Part shown: piece by piece, positions 1-14,312 of the stretch | Position numbering within the stretch: position 1 is the first letter of the stretch | Layout: the number at the start of each line of letters is the position of its first letter | Assembly (NCBI RefSeq): GCF_009914755.1 | Contig: NC_060928.1 | DNA length: 64,000 nucleotides | Reading direction: 5' to 3' (one strand) | Source of the DNA: the human T2T-CHM13v2.0 reference genome, Homo sapiens | Translations under genes and position numbers: made by a program | Notes under the pieces: model-generated | What the model saw: the letters and a program-made list of their open reading frames with translations, nothing else | Databases searched by the model: none | What the model was told of the DNA's origin: nothing

Positions 1-566
1 CCAGACAATATGTTCACATGACCATGAGGTTTTGTAAAATTTTCCCTCAAGTGATTAAGACTCTTTTCTCTTTCTACTCCCATGTTCTTTTCATCACACT
101 TCTGTCAAATCAAATGATATTGGGATACCAATGGGTATTTTGAGGAAATTGAGATGGGGAGAGACTTAGTTTGGGTTTAGTGGGGTGTATTTATGCAATT
201 CACAGTCTACTTCTGTATATAGTTAAAATATTGCTGGCCCTCCTCATCTAGGAACAGCTTCCAGAAATATTTCTACCTCCCATGCCTAACTTTGAATGCC
301 TACTCATTCAACATGCAACCCGAAGGTGCAGGATCAGGGCTCATATTTCCATATGAATGTGTCCATTGAAGCTGGCACTAGAAATGTATGTGGTAGAGGG
401 AAAGTAAGGCTTGAAATGTATGGAATCAGATGTTATTATGGTGGTGCATCAGGCAGTTAGGAAAAATATTAAGTTGCTTTTCTGGATTTTGTGATATTTG
501 TACTATTTGTCACCTTTTTAAAATCTGAAATTTGTTACAATTTATTGTCGTATGAAAACAAATATT

Positions 567-603
567 AAGACCGTACTTTCAGGGATCATTTCTATAGTTC
601 ATC
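567..603 (+). pseudogene. 3'-truncated (tailless) U3 snoRNA retropseudogene fragment
   Basis: AAGACCGTACTTTCAGGGATCATTTCTATAGTTC matches the U3 5' end (AAGACTATACTTTCAGGGATCATTTCTATAGT...). Flanked by the 12-bp direct repeat AAAACAAATATT at 555-566 and 604-615. Confidence 0.85.
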
Positions 604-1200
604 AAAACAAATATTTACGCTTGTACCTAACTTTGTGTTCATTTTCTTAAAGAGATCCCTTAAAATCTAATTAGCTTTGGCTTCATATAACCTGGATCCT
701 CTGTTAAGTAGGAATCAAATTTAGCTCTGAGTTTCCTAGTAACCAGAGTGACAGGAAAACACAGAGTGTTACATACTTCTTTTTATGGCAAAGGAGGAAA
801 TAAACCATAAAATTGTTGTAAGAAATGTAATGAGATATAATGTATTATTTCCATGATGAGATGACACCTAACCCATCTGAAACACTTACTGGGTCAGGCA
901 CTGTTGTAAGCACAGTGTATACATTATTCAGTATTTCCAACCCCAATGCCTGTTTTCTTAACCATTGGGTTTTATTTTCTTCTCAAGGTGACGAGAGAAA
1001 GAAGCTGATCTTGAGTACATATAAGAGAGTTCTTACTGCTAGAAGCCCAGGAAATAAACACCACCTCTGAGGGTTATCCAAATACTAATAAATCACCACC
1101 CAACAATAGTTACTCATTGACTTCACTGAGCAACTTTCTTATTAGTAGACAAAAAGTAGAATTTAAATTAAATAAAATCTGACAAACACTGTGATCTAGT

Positions 1201-1635
<435 letters not shown>

Positions 1636-1804
1636 TAAGCACAATGATGTGAAACATTCTTCAGAAATCTTTAGGAAATGTGACAGTGAGCAGTAATAAA
1701 ACAACTATTGAGAAAGCTCTAATGATAATAATAGGTAACATTTATCTATTTATTTATAATATTTAGTTGAAGTATATATTAAGAACTTTAAGTTATCTCA
1801 TTAA

Positions 1805-2055
<251 letters not shown>

Positions 2056-2721
2056 AACAAACCCATGAAAAGAATGTTGTCTCCCATTTACAAATGAGGA
2101 ACTGAGGTTTAAAGAGGTTAAGTCATTTGACCAAAATTCTAAAACAAGTAAGTTGTAGAAATCAGAATTTGAACCCACCACTGAGTTCTAGCTCAGAAAA
2201 TTTGCTATCGTAATATTCTGTGCAGGATGGGTGGGCACCCAAGTCAGGGCTTGCATGAAGAGAAAGCTCAGAAAATGTTTATGGAATAAAGCATTATCAG
2301 TCCTTTAATTTGTGAGGAATTAAACTGCGCCTCCTCTTCTCTTCTGATAGAAAGATCTCTCGCATTTACAGCCTGAGAACAGGCTATAGGAATGAATGGT
2401 TTCAGAAAGAATTCAAGGTTGTGGATGCTTAGACACTATTTGGCACCAGTAATGGATCCCTAAGACACTACTTTGTCTCAGGCGCTTCATTCAGTGATCC
2501 TGCAGTGTTGGAGTGTTCTGTTAATACTAATCCACAGAACTTTACCTTCATAGTTGTACTTGGAGGATCTATTTGCTCTGAGAACTATGAGAACTATGGC
2601 TGAATTTATTGTTCTTAAATCCTTAGTAAATCATTATAAGGTGTAATGTGGAACAATGAAGTACCTTTGTGTATTGATCAGTCAGTCACTGATAGTCGGC
2701 TACTAGGAGCCAGGCATTTCA

Positions 2722-2940
2722 CTTTTTTTTTTTGAGACAGGGTCTCTCTCTGCCTCACCCAGGCTGGAGGGCAGCGGTGCGATCATAGCTCACTGCAACC
2801 TTGACCTCCTGGGCTCCTTGAGGAGCCCTCTTGTCCTCCCATCTCAGCCTCCCGAGTAGCTGGGACTACAGGCACACACCACTGTGGCTGGTTAATATAT
2901 TTTTTTGTAGAGATGGAGTCCCACTTTGTGGCCCAAGCTA
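2722..2940 (-). mobile_element. Alu (old, AluJ-like), partial
   Basis: Diverged antisense Alu right arm plus linker. Confidence 0.85.
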
Positions 2941-3501
2941 TATTTATTACTTCATTCATTTCTTAGAGGAAACTTATGAGGAAGGTAATATTGCCCTCAT
3001 TTTACTGAACAGGAAATTGAACAGCTGGATAATTTGTGGAAGGTTTAAACTTAGATCTGGCAATTTCAAAACCCAGCCTCTTTCCCTTACATCTAGAGTA
3101 TGAAATCAAAAGACTTTTCTGCTCCTGCTGGCTTAAAATCTAGAGCAATGAGGGGACCTTAAAGAGTGGAGGCAAAGGAAGAAGTTCACAGGCCCCCTGG
3201 AGAATATGGGTTCTTTTTCAGGGGGAGAAAAAAATGGTACATTTACACACAAATGCACAAATTCTTATATGCAATTTCTTAGGTTTCAGCTCCCAGGTTA
3301 ACACATCTTATTTTAAGACTGAGAAGGGTAATGTAGAGAAAAAAATCAAAGAGATACATTAAAAAAAAAAATTTAAGCCAAATCATAAACATGTTTCACA
3401 AACAGTTGTAATTGCCTGAAGGGAAAAATAATTTACAAAATAAATAGAGATAAAGTAAAGGGGGAAAAACTCATAAAGGACTGATTTCAAAACATTTTAT
3501 A

Positions 3502-3662
3502 GGCTGGACACAGTGGCTCATGCCTGTAATCCCAGCTACATTAGAGGCTGAGGCAGGAGAATCACTTGAACCCAGGAGACAGAGGTTTCAGTGAGCCAAG
3601 ATCGCGCCACTGCACCCCAGCCTGGGTGACAGAGCCAGACTCTGTCTCAAAAAAAAAAAAAA
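3502..3662 (+). mobile_element. Alu, monomer-length (internally deleted or FRAM-like)
   Basis: GGCTGGACACAGTGGCTCATGCCTGTAATCCCAGCTAC runs directly into right-arm sequence and an A-tail. Confidence 0.9.
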
Positions 3663-5212
3663 ATTATAAAGTTTGAGCTTTTTTTTTTCCTTTAAATGAA
3701 AGGAAATTTGGTAATTCTCCCAATCCAATCCAACAGTACTAAGAATTCACTCATTCAATAGCTTGGCTGGATTTTAGAAACATGAATTATTTCATGACAA
3801 CTAACCACCCTTGTGGCCAAGAGAACAAGGGTAAATAGAGGAAAGTGATCAAAAGTGAGGTTTAGTGGCAACTCCCAACAACCTATATGGGTAAGGCCAA
3901 AATCAAAAATTACCCTCTACATGAATGGGCACAGGATAGGCCAGGTCATCCAGCATCAGAACTCCCATTTCACTTCCAAGAACACACTGTAGGTCACTGT
4001 CCCGTAAGTGTCCTACCATTTGCAAATTCATCTCAATGTGCACACAATATGATAAATACTACTCAGTTTCTACAAAATCAGACAAAGGCAAGCAGGTACT
4101 TGAAGCAGATTTAACTTTGCACATCTTGGATACACATAGAGTTAAAAGATAGTCCTAGCTTCATTTAAAGTCAAATATTCTAGCACATTTTTATTATTTG
4201 TGGCACGAAATATGTGGAGCAGAGAGGCACTGAGAAATACAATGCTATTTGGCCCAAAAGGAATGACACAGCACTTCTCTGTCCTTGGAAGAACAGCACC
4301 ATGGGCAACCACTGGATTAACTTATATACACAATCATACCAAGTAGGAACAGGTTTTGCCATCAAGTTCATTCATTCTTGGTTTTTAAATCCCAACATTA
4401 AAATAAGCAAACATTGCCACAACAAATGTTTTCTCTTGTGAAGCCATAAGAGAACAGGAGAATCCAAGTTAAGCAAAGATAGCAAAGCTTGCTCTTGTCA
4501 ATTAAAAGTGCAATTGGCCTATCTATTTGAAAGTGAAATCTTTATTATGGAAAGTCAGATTTCAGGAAAAAAATCCATAACATAACTGTTTCAGTAAATT
4601 ACTCAGGTCCTATTTTCATTAAGTTGTATTATCATAATAGCTGAGAGTTCATTTGCCATTGTACCCAACTCATCTAAAGTTCTGAATCCCCAGTGACTGG
4701 ATTATATTTGACTTCAAAAAGAACACTATGTCCTGCTAGCCTTATGTAATACAAAGTAAATCAAGTCACTGAGTTTTCACCCATGGATATAACATTCCAG
4801 TTCATTTTAATTACATATAAAATGTATATTAAGTAAATATATATATTAGCCTGCCTTTTGATGAAGGCAACTGACTTATGACAATAGCATACAGTTAATA
4901 TTCGCCTTTGTTCCTGAAATATCTTTGTTATAAACATAGTTTCTATACTTTGAAAGCCAAATTCACCAAGGGAAGCATCTTCTAAATCTTACTGCTGTAA
5001 GCTCATTTTCCTGGACTGTTATTATACGTAATAAGAGACTTGACTTGACAGCTCCTATAATAACACATTCTAAATTTTAAATTCGATGTGTGTTTTTTAC
5101 CTTAAACTCTTGTGATGACAAAACCATTTTCCTCAAAGCTGATTGGTTATGCAGGTCTACAACAGTGCTTAAATGGAACCTTGCTGTGCCAAGCTTTCTG
5201 ACAAGGAGGAAT

Positions 5213-5433
5213 CTTTTTATTTTGAGCCTTTTTGATACTGAACATGATATCTGAGTGAAGAATTTTTGTTTTATTATTAAGAAATAAATGTATCTTGCTT
5301 CTTGAGATCTCCCTGGCTTCAGCAATTTGTAGTTATTTCCACTATAGACCATTAAGAATATATTTCAAAGGCAAGCTAACAAAGTTCAAGTAAAAATTAT
5401 TTTTTATATATTACAGCTTCTAATTGGCATTGG
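5213..5433 (+). other. ENAM: ENAM non-coding exon 1 (5' boundary approximate)
   Basis: Donor TGG|GTGAGT at 5433/5434 upstream of the ATG exon. The start site cannot be fixed from sequence alone. Confidence 0.7.
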
Positions 5434-5753
5434 GTGAGTATTAGAGATTATCAACATAAATTACATATAGTGTCAAATAATGAATTTAATTCATAGATGT
5501 TGGTTAATTCTCCTTATTGCATTCCTTCTTGTTGGTTGTATAATCATTGTATGCAGACTAATCTTCTGATAAAACTTTAAACTCCTTGGTTTATTTGGTG
5601 TATTTGTTTTTCTTGTAAGTTTTTTCCAGCCTTCTTAGACCTCCTTTACTACTGTGACTTTGTACATTTCCCCATAGTGAAGTCTAGTTTTGTCAACATC
5701 GCCCTAGAAGTATCTCAAAATACAGTGCCTGTGTCATTTCCTCTCTGATTTAG

Positions 5754-5814
5754 CTTTCATCCTACTTTTAAAGCAACAGAAGATTAAACTTGATTTTGTG
5801 GCCCCCTAATACAG
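5754..5814 (+). other. ENAM: Cryptic 61-nt non-coding exon (candidate homologue of mouse Enam exon 2)
   Basis: Acceptor CTCTCTGATTTAG| and donor CAG|GTATGA bracket 61 nt inside intron 1. Confidence 0.65.
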
Positions 5815-5969
5815 GTATGACTGGATAAAATAATTAACATGACATGTGCTGCCTTAGAACTGAAGCTTTGCTATTCATTTCATTTATTTGTTCCATTTCT
5901 ATATTTTAGTTTCTTCTCAGGTTAAAGCTGTATTTTTCTTAAAGGCTTATAAAAATTTTGCTGAAAAAA

Positions 5970-6023
5970 ATGTTGGTGCTTCGGTGCAGGCTTGGAACCT
6001 CTTTTCCTAAACTAGATAACTTG
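5970..6023 (+). CDS. ENAM: ENAM coding exon 1 (MLVLRCRLGTSFPKLDNL); exon begins at 5910
   Basis: ATG at 5970; acceptor ATTTTAG| at 5909; donor TTG|GTGAGT; matches the human enamelin N-terminus. Confidence 0.97.
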
Positions 6024-7202
6024 GTGAGTACTTTCATTTATTTTTGCCAATACATACAGGTTCTCAAACTAGATACTGTCAGAAATACACTTGAGAGGGC
6101 CAAACACTACTGAAATGTATCAGAAGACTCAAAGAGCATCTGCTTTCACAGATGGAATGGAAGAAGAACTTACACAGTCATTGTACTTTGTGGCAATCAT
6201 TATGAGTGTTACTTTCAACTCAAAAAATAACTAATTATAGACTTTAATCACTAACTTTTAGAGATGGAAGGGATCTCAGTCATCCAACATAATATATTAA
6301 TTTTACAAAAGAGAAAATGAGTTTTCTATTTGCAAATATAAAGGCTACATATATTATCAAGAATCACTGTGACAGCTACTAGAGAGATGAGATGAATGAT
6401 TAAGCAAGGCAGAAATTAACCATCCAAAAGCACCCTTAAATCTTGGGCCATAATCTTAGAAACATTTAGCAAAGAAAGCTTTCACCAGTATTCTCTTTAT
6501 TAGTTTCCACATATTGTTGTAACCTATACTAAACACTCTAAAATAACATTCAGCTGTTATTTTCATTCTCTATGATGTTCTAACTCTGAAAATCTTTAAA
6601 TAGTAGGAAAGGTATTTACATACTACTGCTTCCTTTGTTTAATTACATTCTGCCAATTTTTCTAATGTATGAAAGATAACTGATTACACCCACAATTTAG
6701 GAAAATGTCCATTATAAAAATGCTAAAGCGTCATTTATGTTGCTCCTATAGGAAGTAAACAGAAGGGTGAGCATTGGCTCCAATTATGCTAGATAGATTT
6801 TATGTCCAGAAAAGGAAGAAAGAATGAAAGGAATGAAAACAACTGAGTGTCTACATGTTGGTTACTCTGCTAGGAAATGGACTATATCTGATATACGATG
6901 AAAATGAATCATTCTGATTAAAACCTTTTATTTTCCTCTATTGTATATGCAAATAGAAAGTTTTCTTAAGAAATTACTCAAGTAAATGTTTCAGAATAAA
7001 CCTTGTTCCAAGATGTAAATACGAGACTTAATTTTACAAGTCTTTCATAATTAACTAGAGTGGGATAAATGAATGAACCCCGTTAAAAACAATCTCCAAA
7101 CTTCATACATAAGTCTATATGTTTAATCAAGGTATCTAATAAAGAGATAAATTTACTATTCTGCCTATTTCCTATTTCTTCCTATTTTCCTGACCATCTT
7201 AG

Positions 7203-7509
<307 letters not shown>

Positions 7510-7837
7510 ACATAAGTGATTTTTAAAGGAAGTGATGATGATGATAATAATAATAACAGGAACAATAGAGGAAACCAGGAAAAAAATAAGATTCTGCATA
7601 TTCCAGTTTACTTAGTCTCTATATAACAGAATATTATCTATAACATCTTAGAAAGTAGCACAAAGTTTTGATTTTGGAGTGTGCCCTCCTTGAAACTGAG
7701 ATTATTCTGTACAATGAATGTAGTTGGACATCACTATTTCTTTATAAATCAACTAGTAACTAGAAACTCAAACCCATTAATATTCCTATTTGGGGGATAA
7801 CCTCCTAATTTCTAATTTTCACATTCTGGTGCTATGA

Positions 7838-7920
7838 TATCTCTCTCTTTCTCTCTCTCTCTGTCTCTCTCTCTTTCCCTGTCTCTCTCTTTCCCTGTCT
7901 CTCTCTCTCACGCACACACA
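7838..7920. repeat. (CT)n/(CA)n compound microsatellite
   Basis: Imperfect CT run followed by a short CA run. Confidence 0.85.
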
Positions 7921-8138
7921 CTTATATTTCCTTTTAATCTGACTCTTTTGGCAGCTTGAAAAGTACCAGATGATAACTATCTAATAGTTTCTTGACATAA
8001 AATAAAACTGGCAGCAGGGGCCCCATCCATTTCCATACTCTCCTTGACAGACAAGTAGGCTAGTACTTAGATAAGTGCAGAGTGCCCTAAGCATACTTAT
8101 TTCACAGACCAAAAATAAAAATCAATTTTTTATTCTAG

Positions 8139-8207
8139 GTACCAAAAGGCAAAATGAAGATTCTCCTGGTCTTTCTAGGGCTTCTTGGTAATTCTGTTGC
8201 TATGCCA
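8139..8207 (+). CDS. ENAM: ENAM coding exon 2 (VPKGKMKILLVFLGLLGNSVAMP), signal peptide core
   Basis: TTCTAG| acceptor, CCA|GTGAGT donor; 69 nt, phase 0; second in-frame ATG at 8154. Confidence 0.97.
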
Positions 8208-8317
8208 GTGAGTATTTTTTAAATGTTAGCTCTTCTCTTTGTGTTCCGTTAGGAACAATTGTTGAGCTTATTTCAACTGATGTTCTGCATTTGTCACTGA
8301 CATTCTCTTACTTCCAG

Positions 8318-8362
8318 ATGCACATGCCCCGAATGCCTGGATTTAGCAGTAAAAGTGAGGAG
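8318..8362 (+). CDS. ENAM: ENAM coding exon 3 (MHMPRMPGFSSKSEE)
   Basis: TTCCAG| and GAG|GTATGT; 45 nt; ends in the SxE motif typical of SCPP genes. Confidence 0.97.
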
Positions 8363-9119
8363 GTATGTACGTTCAGTCTCAGAGGAGAAGTTATCCAGAG
8401 TCCTATCCTACACATTTACTAAAAAGGAGAATATTGGAAAATTGTCTCATATATAATATTTCTTATGAAAAAGGTAAAAAGAGGGAGATTTGAAAGTCTT
8501 AAACTCTCAAATCGAGGCAAAGTAGTAATTTCCCCAGCCATCAGCCTACCTATGTACTTCAGTGTTCCTTTTCAAGGTAGATGTGGATTTGTGTTAAAAT
8601 CTAGTTGATGTTACCTTATCTGCTAAGTTTTTTAGCTAGCAAAAGTGACCAATTGTACCAAGGGTTATTAGAAGGTAGATGCTTAAAAATAGAAATACCT
8701 TTCACATGACTCATATCCCAGATCATTAATCAAATTCAATACATATCAGAAAGATGAATCATCTTGTCACATAATTCTCATGTTCTCAAATCCTGAACTC
8801 AAAAAGAATAGAACAGAACATTCAAAAACTTTACAGTAGATCAGACTTTTATTTTCTATGATTCTCTATTGATTATTCTCAAAATAAAATTCTGACTTAA
8901 AAGTTAAACTGCCTGAGAAGCTTCTTTAATTGTATACTTTCTTAAAATTCAAGCATAAGTAGGAAAAGGTGATATGACTGTTGTGCATTAAAATCAGAAA
9001 TTTTTACACTGGGAAGTTCTAAGGTTAAAAAAAGAAATTTTACTTATTTCTTACGATTTGTGCATTGATTTAATAAAAGTTTCACTTTGTATCACATTAA
9101 TGGATTCCTTTGGTTGCAG

Positions 9120-9161
9120 ATGATGCGGTATAATCAATTCAACTTTATGAACGGCCCACAT
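9120..9161 (+). CDS. ENAM: ENAM coding exon 4 (MMRYNQFNFMNGPH)
   Basis: TTGCAG| and CAT|GTAAGT; 42 nt. Confidence 0.97.
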
Positions 9162-10776
9162 GTAAGTTTTTCTTTATGTTATTTCTGATGATTTCTTGTT
9201 TATCTAGATAACTCCGTTATAAAGTTTGCCTTAGTCAATAGAGACACCAATCCACATGTTTTAAGTATAATGTAATCATTACAAAAGTTTCAAGGTGGAA
9301 AAATTATTGCCCCTATCCTCTCACACCAAATTTTCTTCTTATTCATTACTATTGTTCTTTCATGTAAATCAAAATAATTATTAATGAGAAATGTTATTTA
9401 TTTGAGACTGAGTCTCAAATGTATAGTCAAGAAAAGATGGTTCTGGGAAAATATCACATAAGATGTCACAAATAATGACAATAAAAATAACATAGTAAGT
9501 ATTGGTGGGGGGTAAGTTTTACTTGGATTATCTTGAAAGATAACACTACAGTTATGAAGCAAGTTTTATGTTATTTAAATAAATATAGGTTATTCTTGTC
9601 ACTGTATGCTAATTGTCAGAACAGACAAATCAAGTATCAGGTGGTTCTTTGGCACAATTTTTCTGATAAAATTGTATGTTAGCATAATAACACTACACAT
9701 CACTTTTGATTTCCATGGAATGATCATGAGGGCCATTTTGAGGGGAAAATCAAGGACTACATCCATTTTTTTGTAACCCTTTTTATCCAAGTCATTCTCT
9801 TTTAAAGCTCTTTGCCTAAAATAATCATTGTAAATTTCCTCTTCCTCAACTTTTGATTGGCTCAACTTTTTCATACCCCTGTTTTTAGTTTTAGTGACTT
9901 TACCTGTGATTTGAAATTTTTACCAACTTAGTTGTCATGAAATCCTGTGTCTTAGTGCAATATTTGCAATTTTGAATTTCATCAATCCACAAAGCGTGGG
10001 TACATCATCTAATAGATAGCAAGAGACTAATTAATGAAGACTGGGTATAGAGACAGGTGTTAAACCAGGGAGGAAATATTTGAATGAGAACTGATGTTGC
10101 AAGACTGATCATTCATAAATTATCATAAATTTAGAAATTAGCATTTTTATAAATTATCATAAATTTATAAATTAACATTTTTAGATTATAACTACTTTTG
10201 CTTCCCTGCCCAACTTTGTAATTGTGGTGATTCTGATAAAAAAATGGATTTAATGAGGATCCACCTGTAACCAAGAACCATAGACACCATATAAGTGTGT
10301 TTACACAGACTGAATTTTTATCCTCTCTTTTCCTTTTTTTCTTGTTTTTTATTTTTTGTTTACAGTCTCACTTCCTTTATCTTATTTTTGTTTTTTCTCT
10401 TCTTCATCCAGCCTTATAACAAATCACATGGGTTCTGAATACGACATTAAATCTTCTGTAACCTGACTTGTATACTTCTGACCTGAGTTAGGGTTTCAGA
10501 GTTAGAAAATCATCAGTCAAATTCTTAAACTGAGATTTCCCACCTAATTCTGCCTTTTGGTTTGTTTTGGTTGTTTGGCTTTCTAGAAGACGGAAGTTCA
10601 TTCTGTAAGACAATGTGTAAGGAAATTCTAACTAAAGATCTGGAAGCTTCCATAGTTAAGTCAAGTTCCAGGACTTTTAAGCTCTTTGGCTGAGTTTTAG
10701 AGGCTGACATTAGAGGATGGAGACAGCCTGAATCACAGCTCTATTATGATTTCACTATTATTTGCTACCCTTTCAG

Positions 10777-11037
10777 ATGGCACACCTGGGGCCCTTCTTT
10801 GGAAACGGTCTCCCTCAGCAATTTCCACAGTACCAGATGCCCATGTGGCCTCAGCCACCACCCAACACATGGCATCCACGGAAATCCTCAGCACCCAAAC
10901 GTCATAACAAGACTGATCAGACCCAAGAAACCCAGAAACCCAACCAGACTCAGTCAAAAAAGCCACCACAAAAGCGGCCTTTGAAGCAGCCATCACATAA
11001 TCAACCTCAGCCCGAAGAGGAAGCTCAACCCCCTCAG
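10777..11037 (+). CDS. ENAM: ENAM coding exon 5 (MAHLGPFFGNG...EEEAQPPQ)
   Basis: TTTCAG| and CAG|GTGAGA; 261 nt; lies within ORF 10762..11160. Confidence 0.97.
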
Positions 11038-11526
11038 GTGAGACTTGCACAGAAAAATTCCATATCTGTAAATGGCCTCGGAGAGATTTGGAGGGCCATG
11101 CCACCCCCATATACACACTTCAATACAGGTACTCTGTTGCAATACCAATGTTTGTTTTGACATGCATCCAAAACTGCATGGCAAGTCGACTCCAATCTTG
11201 TTTGGTTGAAATTACCCAAATACTGTTGCCTTTTAAAAGCTCCTTTTAAATTACAGAGACAACATGGTGTAATAATATGAGCACTAATCTAACAGTCGAG
11301 AATCAAAGGTTCAAGTCCTATGCCTGGTCCTTATTAGTTGTATGCTATTGAACAAGTTACTTCACCTTTCTAGGTTCCAGTTTCCCCATGAGTAAACTAA
11401 ATAGTTTCGAAGTTTCATCCAAATCTGTGCTTTGATGCTCTAAAATATTGCTCTTAAATTAACATTGCTTCCAGTACTAGTATGACATAAGGTAAGAAGA
11501 TGTGCAAATGGTTTCTCAAGATCTCA

Positions 11527-11887
<361 letters not shown>

Positions 11888-12300
11888 TTATTATCAGACA
11901 CTATTACAGACATAGGGAGTACCAAATTGAATGAAAAGACACTCCTGGATTGGAATCCTGGCTTCAGTGATTTACGAGCAATGAGATTTTGGGCAAGTGA
12001 CCAAACTTCTCTGAACTTCATGGTCTTAGTAAAATGGGAATAGTAATAGTTTATATCTTCTATGGTTATATGAGGATGAAATGAGTTTAACAATATAAAA
12101 TGCTCAGCACAGAGCCTGGAATGTGTGTCCAATGATACTAATTGTTATTATCATTATCGTCTTTGCCCTATAAAAAACACAGAGTTTAATGCAAAGGGAG
12201 ATGTAGACTCCCAAGTTTCAATTGTATTTAGTTAGTTTCCTTCATTTTTTTATGTATTCTTTTCAATACCACATCACTCTGATTCTTTCTTTCTCTCTAG

Positions 12301-12363
12301 GCATTCCCACCATTTGGAAATGGGCTATTCCCCTATCAACAACCACCATGGCAAATTCCACAG
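12301..12363 (+). CDS. ENAM: ENAM coding exon 6 (AFPPFGNGLFPYQQPPWQIPQ)
   Basis: Pyrimidine tract ending CTCTAG|; donor CAG|GTGAGA; 63 nt. Confidence 0.97.
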
Positions 12364-12820
12364 GTGAGAAATTTTTTTTTCTTTACACTGTAAGTGAAAA
12401 ATAATATTAGTATGTTATAATTTAAATTAATATAAATTCATACATTCTAATGGAATACCATATACCAATCAGTAGATGGTATGAAACAAAACCAGTGCAT
12501 CAGTAATCATGCAGAAAAAGAATAATTTTTTGAATTTCATACTCAGACAAATTGGTGACATAAATACAACCTAAATCACCAAACAGATACTAATAAATTA
12601 GCTAATAAATTAATTTTAAAAGGTTGCACTACTTCATTACTATTTCCCCACATCCTTAAGAAATTTTTAAAAAACACACAAATTATCTTCATTTAATGTA
12701 ATGGGGAAACTGGGACACAGGACAAAATGGAGTTTGAAAACCACAGGGTGAGCTATGATTAGACATTTTCATCCTATCTTACTGTTTCTAGCCACAGATA
12801 TATCATTATAAAGAATCTTG

Positions 12821-13293
<473 letters not shown>

Positions 13294-14258
13294 TTAAACG
13301 TTTAAAATCATTAAAATAAAAAATAATATTGAAATTGCATCATAGGCATTAAAAATACGAATGGCAAAATAAACTTTTTGAACTAAAGAAATGTTAAAGG
13401 CCAGTTGCTGCTAAACAAACAAAACAACAGGAAATATTTGTTGACTGTTCATTCAGCTATGACATAGGTTTTCCTTGTCTACAACTCTATTACCAAGAAG
13501 GCTTTTTATCAGTGAGGAACAATTCATTTTAAGGAGTAAGAGTTCCTTACATTTTTCCTCCTTAAAAGAGTGACTTCCTTTTACTGGCTATGCTGAACTA
13601 AGGAAATTAAGGCAGTACAAGGTAAAGATTTTAAAAACAGATAAACATGATTCTCATGCTGAAGTAACTATTAATCTCATCTACATAAAACTTGAGAAGC
13701 AGAAACTCGGCCTCCAAGTTTGATTAGGAGAATTAACTTTAGTCAAATAAAAATATCATAGTAATAATTCAAGGATTGTCAGTTTGGAGTTTGTCCCCCT
13801 AAACATGAAGCCACATTCTAAAAATAACATCGTTACTTAATCTCTATTATTAGATGTTCTAATATGGATACTTGGATTCTAACAGCACTCAAATTTCTCT
13901 CTCTCACCCTCTCTCTGTATGTGTGTGCATGGTGTGTGTTTGTTGGGGGTTGTGGAGGGTATGTTTTTGAGTGTTGGAGGTGGTAAGGAGGATTGCCAAC
14001 AGATGCAGCCATACAGAGTATTTTAAGTAGGATAATCTAGGATCCAGCTGAAGCCTTTGTATTTACCAGTATTCACTGTTAGATCATAATTCTTAGCAGC
14101 TGGACTGTGAGAGCTAATAACTCAAACGCTAAAAGCTCAGAGTACTAACTGAGCTCAATCATTGACTTGAGCTATTTTTAGACACCCTGAGTCTTACAAA
14201 CAAATGGCGGCATCGAACGTGGTTTTCTCCTGTGTTCACTGTGTTTTTCACTTCTCAG

Positions 14259-14312
14259 AGGTTACCACCACCAGGTTATGGACGCCCACCAATCAGCAAT
14301 GAAGAAGGGGGG
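14259..14312 (+). CDS. ENAM: ENAM coding exon 7 (RLPPPGYGRPPISNEEGG)
   Basis: TCTCAG| and GGG|GTAAGT; 54 nt. Confidence 0.97.

Noticed and set aside
567-603. Functional U3 snoRNA gene
   Set aside because: Only ~34 of ~215 nt are present; no C/D boxes and no snRNA-type promoter.
10762-11160. 132-aa ORF as a standalone protein
   Set aside because: It is ENAM exon 10777-11037 plus open intronic flanks.
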